Part shown: positions 30,040 through 39,869 of the stretch, one piece after another | Layout: each line of letters opens with the position of its first letter | Position numbering within the stretch: the first letter of the stretch is position 1 | Assembly: GCA_963766735.1 (NCBI GenBank) | Contig: CAVYBU010000030.1 | Location: 1-64,000, forward strand | Direction: 5' to 3' | DNA length: 64,000 nucleotides | From: an uncultured Chloroflexia bacterium | Lineage (GTDB): Bacteria > Chloroflexota > Limnocylindria > Limnocylindrales > CSP1-4 | Made by a program: the position numbers and the translations under genes | The notes under the pieces: model-generated | Database searches by the model: none | What the model was told of the DNA's origin: nothing | The model's input: the letters and a program-made list of their open reading frames with translations, nothing else

Positions 30040-31431
30040 GTGTGGTCCCTCCAAGCCGACACTGCTGTCCTGCGGCCTGCGAATCGCCTTCTGGGGCTCG
30101 GATGGTCGCTGCTCCTGATCCTGCTCGTGATCCTGCCGAGCACGACGGGCGGCGAACGCGTGGACTTCAGCGCCGCAGGATACGACCTCAATCTCAGGTT
30201 CCTCTCGTACGCCGGGGCTGCCGTCGCGGCGGCGCTGATCGCCGTCCCGATCGTCATCCGCGGCCTCCGGACGGATCGAAGAGGGCTGGCACTGCCGGGC
30301 GTGCTGCTGGGCTGGCTTCTGCTGACCACCCTCGTCGCCGGCCAGCCTCCCCGCGAGTGGGTTCCGACCGTCGTGCGGTGGGTTCTGTACCTGTCGGTCC
30401 TGATCGTGGCCCGCGAGGTCGGTCGGACGACGCTGGTCCACCGGGCGCGCACGCAGGTCCGTGTCGCGGTCGCCCTGGGGATGGCGGTTCCGCTGATCGT
30501 TGGAGCCTGGGAGTTCGTGTCCGGCTCGGCTCCGATCATGAACAGTGCCCCGCGGATCTCGTCGGTGACGTTTGGCCACCCCGTCGCGTTCTCGCTGCTG
30601 CTGATGGTCGGGGCCATCGTCCTCCTGCCCCTCGCGCTTCGCGCCCCAGGCGTGTCGCGACGCGCGGCGATCATTGCCGGTGTCGTCGTCGCCGTCGCGA
30701 TGGCCGAGATCGTCTTCACCTACACCCGGTTGACCCTCGCGCTCGCGCTGATCAGCGCGGTGGTCATATCGATCTCACTCCAGCCGCATCGCCGAGTCAG
30801 GGCTGGCGTCGTATCCGGCGCCGTCGCCGTCCTGGTGCTCACGGTGGCAGCGCCGCTCCTGATCTCTCGTTTCGAGCAGCCCATTGTCTGGCCGCATGAG
30901 ATCAAGCCAGCGCCGACCGCCGTCCCCGGAGCCAGCCCAACCCCGATCCCGACACCCATGCCAACGCCGCGCCTGGTGCTGATCGACAACTCGACCAAGC
31001 TCCGGTATGAGACCCACAGTCGTGGGATTGGCTATGTTCTGGACAAGCCGCTCGCGGGCAACGGCCCCGGCTCCTTCGATCGCCTCTTCGAGCGGGATAC
31101 GGGGCGTGTCGGGACCGCGACCCACGACGACCTGCTGCTGTTTGCGGTCGAGCTCGGGCTGCCCGGGCTCCTCATCGTGCTCCTGCTCTACGCGAGCGTT
31201 CTGGTGCCCCTGCTGCCAGCGATGGCCGACGGACGCCAGCACGGGGGCTTTGCCATCGCCGCGCTCGTCGCCTTCGGAGCCCTCAACATCGGGGCAGTGA
31301 TCCACAACCCCACGTACTTCCCCGAGGTGCAGGTCAGCGTCTGGGTGCTCGTGGGCATCGCGGGCGCAGCCGCGCCGCCGGTCACGTCGTGGCTTCCCGG
31401 GCTGCTGCGTCGCTCACGCCGGCCGACTTGA
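30040..31431 (+). CDS. Wzy/O-antigen ligase family membrane protein
   Basis: R...TFGHPVAF, FTYTR, PLAGNGPGSF, THDDLL..AVELG.PG. Confidence 0.82.
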   Translation: MWSLQADTAVLRPANRLLGLGWSLLLILLVILPSTTGGERVDFSAAGYDLNLRFLSYAGAAVAAALIAVPIVIRGLRTDRRGLALPGVLLGWLLLTTLVAGQPPREWVPTVVRWVLYLSVLIVAREVGRTTLVHRARTQVRVAVALGMAVPLIVGAWEFVSGSAPIMNSAPRISSVTFGHPVAFSLLLMVGAIVLLPLALRAPGVSRRAAIIAGVVVAVAMAEIVFTYTRLTLALALISAVVISISLQPHRRVRAGVVSGAVAVLVLTVAAPLLISRFEQPIVWPHEIKPAPTAVPGASPTPIPTPMPTPRLVLIDNSTKLRYETHSRGIGYVLDKPLAGNGPGSFDRLFERDTGRVGTATHDDLLLFAVELGLPGLLIVLLLYASVLVPLLPAMADGRQHGGFAIAALVAFGALNIGAVIHNPTYFPEVQVSVWVLVGIAGAAAPPVTSWLPGLLRRSRRPT

Positions 31432-31492
31432 TTTCCCAAGGTGAACGCCACGTTGACCGAGCCGCGTCGCTAGATCCCGTGGGCTGCTCAGA

Positions 31493-31960
31493 CTAACCGT
31501 GGATGATTCCCCGCAGGCGCTCGACGGCGTGCTGATCTGCTCGCGCCTCTGTCGCCGCCGTCTCCGGCGCCAGGAGCGTCGCCCGGAGCTCCTCGATCGA
31601 CGCCACCGGGATGATGTCGCGACGGCTGGCAAGCCAGGCGACGAACCTCTGCTGGTGGCGGTCGACGTGTTCGCCCAGCGCCGGATCCCGGGGGATCACG
31701 ATCGGACGCCGACGCATCGCCAGGACCTGGAGAATGCTGCCCGGCCCACCGTGGGTGACGATCCGCGACGCTGACCGCATGAGCCGGTCGAGCTCGTCGG
31801 TCCCGACGATTCCGATCGCGGAGGCTCTCCGCGGCCGCTCCCCGAATGCCGCGGCCTGGATCACGGCTTCGTCGATCGTGCCGTCGGCGATGAGCGAGTC
31901 GATCCACCGCACGACCCGGTCCATCGGTTGGGGGTGAGTCCCAAGGGTCACGAGGATCAC
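31493..31960 (-). CDS. PssE/Cps14G (Alg13-like) glycosyltransferase subunit
   Basis: ILVTLGTHPQPMDR, THGGPGSI, IPR...LGEHVDRHQ. Confidence 0.85.
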   Translation of the reverse strand: MILVTLGTHPQPMDRVVRWIDSLIADGTIDEAVIQAAAFGERPRRASAIGIVGTDELDRLMRSASRIVTHGGPGSILQVLAMRRRPIVIPRDPALGEHVDRHQQRFVAWLASRRDIIPVASIEELRATLLAPETAATEARADQHAVERLRGIIHG

Positions 31961-32424
31961 AGCACGGGCCCGATCACCTCGGCGCCGGGGTAGGCGACGA
32001 GCTGCTCCGGCCACTGCACCAGGAAGTGGCGGGTGACCGGGCGGACCAGGCGACCCGTCAAGGTCGCCGAGTCGATCCGGTCGAAGACCTCGACGTAGAC
32101 GGTCACGGCTCCCAGCAAACGTCCCACGTAGAAGAAGGGTACGGCCACCGCCGCGCCGCTGGAGACGATGTGGGTCGGGCGCTCGCGTACCAGCACGCGC
32201 ACGGCCAGGAGCGTGTTCCGGATGAGGTTGCCCAGATTGCGGTTCGTCGGGTGGTGGCACCAGTACGTCCGCTCGTCGCGCAGCGCCGACACGGCATCTG
32301 CGGTGTCGAACGTGACCCAGAAGCGGTCCACATCCGTCCAGGCGTCACGGAGTGCCAGGAGATGCAGCAGGTGGCCCCCGCTAGAGCCAACGAGGGCGAC
32401 CCTGATCACCCGACGACGGGTCAC
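31957..32424 (-). CDS. PssD/Cps14F (Alg14-like) glycosyltransferase subunit
   Basis: VGSSGGHL, FWVTFD, HPTNRN, SSGAAVAVPFF, FLVQWP. Confidence 0.9.
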   Translation of the reverse strand: MTRRRVIRVALVGSSGGHLLHLLALRDAWTDVDRFWVTFDTADAVSALRDERTYWCHHPTNRNLGNLIRNTLLAVRVLVRERPTHIVSSGAAVAVPFFYVGRLLGAVTVYVEVFDRIDSATLTGRLVRPVTRHFLVQWPEQLVAYPGAEVIGPVL

Positions 32425-33615
32425 CGTGTGAGATCCGCGACGACCGCCGCGACTCGCTCTGCGGCGTCCCGTCCAGACGCGGCCACGTATGGTTCGAGGC
32501 CCGCCTGCTGCCGGTCGTAGGCCGCGGGATCGATGGCGGACCGGTACGCCGTCAGCGCTGACCGCAGGTCCGTTGCCGTCCGGATTGCGGCGAGGAAGGG
32601 GTCGGCGACGAAGGATCGCTCGTAGCTCTCGTACCGATCCGCGATGATGACCGCCCTGGCGATCCGGCCCAGGCTGACGGCCTCGAGGAGTCCGGTCGAC
32701 ACCATGGCGAGCACGAGGTCGCTGCCGAGGATGCTGGTCTCCATCGACTCGTCGTCGGATGTCACGACGGCGAAGCCGCGCTCTGACCACGCTTCGACCC
32801 GGTCACGGGGATGGACCCGGACCACGAGCTCCAATCCCAGGTCCCGGCACGCGGTGGCGACCGTATCGACGTCCCGGGACTGAGCCTCGTCGGCCTCGTG
32901 CTGCGCGTGCCATGCGAAGGCAGCCGGTCAGGTACAGAACCCGGCGCACGGAGCTCGGCCGGTCCGTCCCGGTCGCGTGCGGCCACCGGGGCAGCCCCGT
33001 GGCCACGACCTGCGCCGCCCGGGAGCGCATCGAGACCAGAACCTCCGCGGAGTGTCTCCCGAGCACGAACACCACGTCAGCTGGCGACAGGCCAACGTCC
33101 GAGGGCAGGATGATCCCGGCAGGCGTCGCACGGACGAGCCTGCCGAACCCCTTCAGCAGAGAGCGAACGCGGTTGAGGCCGTTCGTGGGCGCCGCGTAGT
33201 CGCTGATCATCCCGTCGAGGAGGATCGCCACCTTCGCCGGTCGCGCGAGTCGCATCGCGAGACGCTGCAGTGCGCCGTCGTTGAAAGCGATGATCACGGC
33301 TGGATGGCCGACGGCGCGCCGCATCGGTCGCACGCTTCGGAGGATGGCCCGGACCTGTCCGAGAGGGGTCATCCTGTAGAACGGGCGATCCAGAGTGACC
33401 AGCAGCTGGCGGATGTGGGCGGTGCCACCCACTAGCCCCGGATCGAGGTCCTGGTGGAACACCCCATCCATCAGCATGACTTCAGGGACCATCTCATGGG
33501 CGACCAGCTCCGGGATGAGGATGAGGGTCGTTTCCAGGTGCTGGCCATTCTGCGGAAGCAGCAGCACGACAGGCGATCGATTCGCCGACGACTGGTGCGA
33601 GGGTGCGTCCGCCAT
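32421..33615 (-). CDS. Putative glycosyltransferase, candidate nonulosonate transferase (frameshift near 32923)
   Basis: Two ORFs join when one base is removed after LYLTG; motifs FNDG/LLDG, TGLPRW, VHPRD, STGLLEA. Confidence 0.6.
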
Positions 33616-33638
33616 CGGCCGCACCCTATCATCTCGTC
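33616..33638. promoter_or_regulatory. Compact bidirectional promoter candidate
   Basis: TATCAT (+, 33627-33632) is 6 nt before ATG 33639; TAGGGT (-, 33623-33628) is 7 nt before ATG 33615. Confidence 0.5.
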
Positions 33639-34811
33639 ATGATCCCAGTGAACGCAGACGCCGGGTCGCCTCTCGGGCAACTCGCCTCGGAGCCGACGGC
33701 TCCTGGCTTCCTGCTCCTCCGGCGTGCGCTCCTCAACGCGGGTGATCACTTGATCGTCAAGCGCGCCCGGCGCTTGATCGAGGTCGGCCACCCCGGCATC
33801 ACGATCGACATTGCCGATGCGTGGCGCCCCCTCCGTGAGCAGGTGCCCGCGGATCGCCTCGCCGGCTACCGGGCCATCGTCATCGGCGGGGGACCGGGGT
33901 ATGCGCACGGGTTGGCGCGGACGTACCCGATCGGTGACCTGGGGGGTCTGCCGCCCGTCGTCCCCCTGGCGCTCGGCAGCTACGTCGTGCCGGGCACCGA
34001 GGCGCAGCTCGGGGCCTACCACTTTGCCGGCGAGGATCGGGCGTTCCTGGACCGGGTGTACGAGCGCAGCCCGTTCCTCGGTGCGCGGGATCCGGTGAGC
34101 GCGGAGCTGCTGCGCCGGAACGGCTACGACCGTGTTCTCATGACTGGCGATCCAGCCTGGTACGACCTGGAGCGCATGGGCGAGGACATGATCGTCCCGC
34201 CTGCGCTGGACCGTATCGCGCTGACGGCTCCAGCGAACCCCGCGTATTCCCGGCAGGCAATTCGACTGTTCGAGGCACTCGCAGCCGATCGGCCGGAAAC
34301 GTCGTTCCAGATGGTCCATCACCGCGGCGTCCAGGTGCCTTTCGCCAGACTCGCAGATCGCCACGGTTGGGAGAACCGGGAGATCAGCGGAACCGCCGAC
34401 GGGTTTGCCCTGTACGACGAGGCCGCAATGCACGTGGGCTATCGGGTCCACGCCCATCTCTATGCGATGAGCCGCGGCATTCTCTCCTACTTGGTGGCCG
34501 AGGACTCGCGGGGCACTGGGATGATCGAGGGGCTCGGCGGTGGGGGGACATCCGGCTTCGGTGACGCGCCGGGCTCATTCGCGATCTTCTCCATGCGTCA
34601 CCTGCCCCGCTACGCGAACCCAACCAAGCCGGGTAGGTGGCGGGCTGGGCCGGCCGCGGGCCGCCTGCTTGGCCTGCCGGACGTCGCGCCCGGCGTCGTC
34701 GGGATGATCCGTGCCGACGAGGCAGCCGGGTTCCCTGCGCATCAGGCCGCACGGCTACGCATCCGGGCGACGATGAAGACCATGCAGCGCATGGTTGCCT
34801 CCCTGCCGTGA
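33639..34811 (+). CDS. Polysaccharide pyruvyl transferase family protein
   Basis: NAGDHLI, IGGGP, GARD..S, TGDPAW, GYRVHAH. Confidence 0.8.
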   Translation: MIPVNADAGSPLGQLASEPTAPGFLLLRRALLNAGDHLIVKRARRLIEVGHPGITIDIADAWRPLREQVPADRLAGYRAIVIGGGPGYAHGLARTYPIGDLGGLPPVVPLALGSYVVPGTEAQLGAYHFAGEDRAFLDRVYERSPFLGARDPVSAELLRRNGYDRVLMTGDPAWYDLERMGEDMIVPPALDRIALTAPANPAYSRQAIRLFEALAADRPETSFQMVHHRGVQVPFARLADRHGWENREISGTADGFALYDEAAMHVGYRVHAHLYAMSRGILSYLVAEDSRGTGMIEGLGGGGTSGFGDAPGSFAIFSMRHLPRYANPTKPGRWRAGPAAGRLLGLPDVAPGVVGMIRADEAAGFPAHQAARLRIRATMKTMQRMVASLP

Positions 34812-34921
34812 CCGAGCACGTTGTCGTCATCAGTCCGGCCCTGGCGCGGGCAGCCAACCGTCTCGTGCTCCCAGCACTGCAGGGAGCGCGTCATGTGGCC
34901 GGGGGCGAGACTCGACCATGA
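34808..34921 (+). CDS. Possible 37-aa coupled micro-ORF
   Basis: GTGA overlap with the upstream stop and ATGA overlap with the downstream start; VTEHVVVISPALARAANRLVLPALQGARHVAGGETRP. Confidence 0.35.
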   Translation: MTEHVVVISPALARAANRLVLPALQGARHVAGGETRP

Positions 34922-36009
34922 CGACGACAGTCGGCGCGATCGGCCCCTTGCGCGTTGAGATCACCGGGACCGGTCCGCTCGCGGCTGAGCTCCGGCAGGA
35001 GCTCAGCCCTGCAGACCGAGGCACGGTCGACCTGAGGATTGTCCTCGCGGATCGAGGCGAGGTGATGCGCCGCATGTCGCCCGCAACATATTCGGCGAAG
35101 CGGCACATGGCCTTTGGCGTCGACCGCCTCACGGCGGACGACCCGCTCCGCTATGGCCTGTTCGGCCTGTTCCAGGGCAGTCCAACCGAGCTGGTCATCG
35201 AGTCTCAGACCGAGCGCCCGTTCTCCCGCTTCAAGCGCTCGCTCGGTCCCCAGATTGGGATGCATCCGGTCCTCACGTACTCGCTCCTCTGGTACGTGGC
35301 GCATGTCCTGCTCGTCCGGCGGGGAGACGTCTCGATCCATGCCAGCGCGTGGGAAGAGGCAGGAACCGGGGTCGCCATCGCGGGGACCGGCGGCTCGGGC
35401 AAGACGAGCCTGCTGTTCCACCTCCTCGACACCCGACCCGCGGTGCGGTACCTCGGGGAGGACTTCACGATCGTCGACGCGGCGGGTCGCCTGGTGTTGA
35501 GCCCGAAGTCGGTCTCGGTCTTCTCGAGCGACCTCCAGACCGGGGCGATCCGGCTCGATGACTACCGGGGTGGGATGGGCGCCTGGCGACGGCTCCGCTG
35601 GATGGCGTGGCGCTCGCTCGGGACGACCCCGATGATCAAGATCCCGGTCGCCGCCGCCCTTGCTCCGGAGCGGATCGGCGACGGAGCGCCGCTGGGCTCC
35701 CTGGTGTACCTGATCCGCTCGGACATCGAGCGTCCTGTCGTGGAGCCCGTGGCACCGGCAGACGTCATCGCCCGGCTGCTCCATGTGGGCTGGCGGGAAC
35801 ACAAGCGCCTCCTCGAGCTGTTGCACATGGTGTCCGCCAATGCCGGGACCGGGGTTCTCATCCCCACGCCGGACGCCTTCGAGGAGGCGGAGCGGGTTGC
35901 GTTCGGTGCCGCGATGGGGGGCGCCAGGGCCTACCTGGCTCGCGTCCCGGCACGGGCGTCGCCGGACATGATCGCCAACGCGCTTCGAGATGCTGGCGCG
36001 ATCCCGTGA
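34918..36009 (+). CDS. HPr-kinase-like P-loop protein
   Basis: IHASA, AIAGTGGSGKTS (Walker A), YLGEDF. Confidence 0.7.
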   Translation: MTTTVGAIGPLRVEITGTGPLAAELRQELSPADRGTVDLRIVLADRGEVMRRMSPATYSAKRHMAFGVDRLTADDPLRYGLFGLFQGSPTELVIESQTERPFSRFKRSLGPQIGMHPVLTYSLLWYVAHVLLVRRGDVSIHASAWEEAGTGVAIAGTGGSGKTSLLFHLLDTRPAVRYLGEDFTIVDAAGRLVLSPKSVSVFSSDLQTGAIRLDDYRGGMGAWRRLRWMAWRSLGTTPMIKIPVAAALAPERIGDGAPLGSLVYLIRSDIERPVVEPVAPADVIARLLHVGWREHKRLLELLHMVSANAGTGVLIPTPDAFEEAERVAFGAAMGGARAYLARVPARASPDMIANALRDAGAIP

Positions 36010-37004
36010 ACGACAGGGCTTCCGCGCCCGCCTGGGCGCCAACGGACGACCAACTGGCTCAGTTCCAGTTCAGCCCGGTCCGGCTGCTCCATGCGAACCC
36101 GAGCAAGCGCTCCGTCGTGTTCGCCGGCCGGTGGCGGGACACTCCGGCCGTGTGCAAGTGGGTAGACGCGGGGGCCCCGCAGGGTTCCTTCACGGCGCTG
36201 GAGCACGAGCGCCGCCACTACGAGGCCGGGCGCTTCGGCGCCGCGGCCGAGCTGCTCGACGCGGGTCCCGGCTACCTGATCCTGAGCGAGGTCCGAGGAA
36301 GGAGCCTTCGATCGGTCCTGGAGGTCGCCGCCCAGACAGGGGACGTCGAAGGCTTCGTCGAGGCGACGGCGGCGGCCTTCGCGATGCTCAGCGCGGTGTA
36401 CCCGCCGCTCGGATTGGATACGGGAGAGCCCGAGGATCCACGTGCCTTCGAGGCCGCAGGCGAACGCCTCTACCGGGATCTCCTGCGCTCGGGTCCTCTC
36501 GGGACGCGGCGGGGCCGCGCGACGAGGTTGGTCGGTCGGATGCTGGACCTCGCGTGCCGCCCGGGGACGCGCCGGCTGCTCCGGCGCCTTGGCCCAGGCA
36601 CGGGACTGACACAACCGGCCTGGGCTCACGGGGACCTGCACCTCGACAACCTGAACCTCGACCCCAGTGGCAAGGTGGGCGTGATCGACTTCGGCACCTC
36701 GGATGATCGCGGCTTCCCGGCACTCGACATCACCTACGCGGCGGTGACCATGGCGGCGTACGCGGCCGCCGACCCGCGGATCGAGGCTGCCTTCCGGCTC
36801 CTGGTCGACAGAATGGTGGACGGTCTGGCGCCGCGGCCACGGGCCCTGGGTGACCTCGTCTGGCACTACACGGCGATCGCGCAGACGAACCCGCGCTTCG
36901 CGCCGGGCCTCGGGCGTCGCTCGCTCCTGCGTGCCCGTCTGCGCTGCCTGGTGCGTTGCGCGATCCTGCCGCTGCTCCCCGTTGCTGTTCACCCAGGTCG
37001 CTAG
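36006..37004 (+). CDS. Aminoglycoside-phosphotransferase/kinase-fold protein
   Basis: AVCK, HGDLHLDN, VIDFG. Confidence 0.72.
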   Translation: MNDRASAPAWAPTDDQLAQFQFSPVRLLHANPSKRSVVFAGRWRDTPAVCKWVDAGAPQGSFTALEHERRHYEAGRFGAAAELLDAGPGYLILSEVRGRSLRSVLEVAAQTGDVEGFVEATAAAFAMLSAVYPPLGLDTGEPEDPRAFEAAGERLYRDLLRSGPLGTRRGRATRLVGRMLDLACRPGTRRLLRRLGPGTGLTQPAWAHGDLHLDNLNLDPSGKVGVIDFGTSDDRGFPALDITYAAVTMAAYAAADPRIEAAFRLLVDRMVDGLAPRPRALGDLVWHYTAIAQTNPRFAPGLGRRSLLRARLRCLVRCAILPLLPVAVHPGR

Positions 37005-37176
37005 TGCTGCGCTCGGCGCCTGACGCCGGTGATCACGTGTCAAGCAGGCGGAGCAATTCGGGTCGGGCATGGCCACGAGAGGAGGCCGCCCCCGGCCGCC
37101 GTGGCTCTCTCGCTCGCCGGCGGGCGAAGCATCCGCGCTACCATGGCGACCGTGACCCCGATGGTGGCAGTCTGAC

Positions 37177-38820
37177 GTGATCGAGCGCGTTCTCGTCATC
37201 ATCCCGGCCCGCGGGGGGTCCAAGGGGATCCCGCGCAAGAACGTCCGCAGCCTCGCTGGCCGCCCCCTCATCGCCTACGCGATCGAGACGGCGCGGCGGT
37301 CTGCCCGCCGGCCGGACGTGTTCGTGTCCAGCGAGGATCCGGAGATCCTCAACCTCGCTGGCAAGCTGGGCGCACAGATCCACCGGCGGGATCCCCGGCT
37401 GGCGGCGGACGACACAACGCTCGACGCGGTCGTCGTCCAGGCGTACCGGGAGATCGTCGCGCTGGTCGGCCACGAGTACGAGATCGTCGTCACGCTTCAG
37501 CCAACGTCGCCCCTGCTGACCTCTGCCACGCTGGACGATGCCATCGACGCGTTCCATGCGGACCCGGCGCTCGAGACGCTGCTCTCGGCGGTGGATGACA
37601 CCCACCTGACGTGGGCGCGGGCAGGCGATCGATTCGTGCCCCGGTATGCGGAACGCGTCAACCGCCAGTTCCTGGAGCCGGTGTATCGGGAGACCGGCGG
37701 CTTGATCGCGTGCCGCGGCCGGACGATCGCGAGCGGCAGCCGGATCGCGCAGCCGGCGACCCTGCTCCCGGTCTCCGGGGGTGAGGCCATCGATATCGAC
37801 ACGCGCGAGCAGTGGGCCCTCTGCGAGTGGTACCTCTCGCACGGCGACATCCTGTTCGTGGTCGCCGGATACCCGGAGATCGGCCTCGGGCATGTCCACA
37901 ACGCGCTGACCGTCGCCAATGGGCTCGTCCGGCATCGCGTTCGCTTCCTCGTCACCGCTCCGAGCGAGCTTGCGTATGAGGTGATCGCCGCCCACCACCA
38001 CGAGGTCCACCGCCAGCATGGGGACGATCTGGTCGATGAGATCGTGCGGCTCAGTCCGGACGTCGTCGTCAACGACCGCCTCGACACCGGCGCGGACGAG
38101 ATCCGCCGCCTCAAGGCCGCAGGGCTCTGCGTTGTCAACTTCGAGGATCTTGGCACGGGCGCACGGCACGCAGATCTTGTCGTCAACGCGATCTACCCCG
38201 AGCTCGAGGTTCTGCCCAATCACCACTTCGGGCCGCGCTACTTCTGCCCGCGGGCGGAGTTCGTGCTGACGTCTTCGCGGCCGGTCGTCGAGCGCGTCGA
38301 GCGCGTCCTCGTGACCTTCGGCGGCGTGGACCCGGCGAACCTCACGCGACAAGTCCTTGCAGCACTGGACGAGCCCTGTCGCGATCGCGGGATCGCGCTC
38401 GAGGTGGTCGTTGGGCGCGGTTATGCGGCTTTCGAGACGCTCGCGCCCTTCTCCTCAGTTCCCATCACCCAGGCCGTCGCCGACATGGCCGACAGGATCC
38501 GGTCCGCGGATGTTGTCATCACGTCCGCAGGCCGCACGGTATTCGAGATCGCCTGCCTCGGGACGCCGGCCATCGTCCTCGCCCAGAATGCACGGGAGCT
38601 GAGCCACACCTTCGCGTCCGAGGACAACGGCTTCGTCAACCTCGGGCTCGGCACCGACGTGTCCGCTGACACGCTCCGGACGGCCTTCACGGATCTCGTC
38701 GATGACGCCGCCCGACGGCGGCAGCTGCAGCGCCGGATGCTGGACAATGACCTCAGAGCCGGGACTGACCGGGTCGTCCGTCTGATCGAAGCGGCACTGG
38801 AGGAGCATGTCACTCGCTGA
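37177..38820 (+). CDS. CMP-nonulosonate synthetase (NeuA/SpsF-like) fused to a PseG/SpsG-like domain
   Basis: IPARGGSKGIPRKN, LQPTSPL, DIDT; then IGLGH, VLVTFGGVD, SAGRTVFE..CLGTP, QNARE. Confidence 0.88.
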   Translation: MIERVLVIIPARGGSKGIPRKNVRSLAGRPLIAYAIETARRSARRPDVFVSSEDPEILNLAGKLGAQIHRRDPRLAADDTTLDAVVVQAYREIVALVGHEYEIVVTLQPTSPLLTSATLDDAIDAFHADPALETLLSAVDDTHLTWARAGDRFVPRYAERVNRQFLEPVYRETGGLIACRGRTIASGSRIAQPATLLPVSGGEAIDIDTREQWALCEWYLSHGDILFVVAGYPEIGLGHVHNALTVANGLVRHRVRFLVTAPSELAYEVIAAHHHEVHRQHGDDLVDEIVRLSPDVVVNDRLDTGADEIRRLKAAGLCVVNFEDLGTGARHADLVVNAIYPELEVLPNHHFGPRYFCPRAEFVLTSSRPVVERVERVLVTFGGVDPANLTRQVLAALDEPCRDRGIALEVVVGRGYAAFETLAPFSSVPITQAVADMADRIRSADVVITSAGRTVFEIACLGTPAIVLAQNARELSHTFASEDNGFVNLGLGTDVSADTLRTAFTDLVDDAARRRQLQRRMLDNDLRAGTDRVVRLIEAALEEHVTR

Positions 38821-39869
38821 GCTGATTTCCGCCCACCGTGCGGTCGAGCCCCCGATCCGGCGCCCGTTCATCGTGGCCGAAGCCGGCGTGAACCACGAAG
38901 GATCGATGGAGATCGCGAAGCGTCTCATCGACGAGGCGGCCCGCGGCGGTGCCGATGCCATCAAGTTCCAGACCTACAAGGCGGATACGATCGCCGTTCG
39001 CAACAGCCCGGCGTACTGGGACCTCTCGAAGGAGCCGACAACCAGCCAGCACGAGCTGTTCGCGAAGTACGACACGTTCTGGAAAACGGAGTACGAGCAG
39101 CTCCGGCGCTACTGTGATGACGTCGGGATCGAGTTCATGTCGACCCCGTTCGACGCCGAGTCCGCGACCTTCCTGGCAGACCTCCAGGGAACCTTCAAGA
39201 TTGCCTCGGCCGACCTGACGAACCTCCCGTTCATCCGACACATCTGCAGCTTCGGCACGCCAATCCTGCTTTCCACGGGGGCATCAGAGCTCTGGGAGAT
39301 CGCCGAGGCCGTGGACACGATCGGGCGTTGCGGCAACCCACTGGCGTTGATGCACTGCGTGCTCAACTACCCGACCGACCGCCACTCCGCCAACCTCGGG
39401 ATGATCGTTGACATGCGACGGCGCTTCCCGGAGGTGCGGATCGGGTACTCCGATCACACCGTGCCCGATCCCGAAATGAGCGTCCTGACCACCGCCGTCC
39501 TGCTCGGAGCGAGCATCCTCGAGAAGCACTTCACGCACGACAAGACACTGCCCGGGAACGACCACTACCACGCGATGGACGAGGCGGACCTGATCAGGCT
39601 GGGCGCTCGAATTCGACGACCTGTTCTCGACGCTTGGCTCGTTCGAGAAGGCCGCGCTGGCCAGCGAGGCTCCCGCGCGCCTGAATGCGAGGCGAAGCTT
39701 GGTCTCGGCGCGGGTCATCCCGGCGGGAACCGTCATCGGCTCGGAGGACCTGACCTGGAAGCGTCCTGCCCACGGAATCAGCCCCAGGTTCTATGACCAG
39801 GTCCTGGGTCGGACGGCGCGGTCCGATATCCCGGACGACCAAGTCCTCCAGTGGTCCATGCTGGAGTGA
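38807..39869 (+). CDS. neuB: N-acetylneuraminate synthase family (NeuB/SpsE) with SAF domain (frameshift near 39611)
   Basis: AEAGVNHEG, AIKFQ, STPFD, KIASAD, GYSDHT, EKHFT; ARRSLV...KRP..GI.P continues in the shifted frame. Confidence 0.88.
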
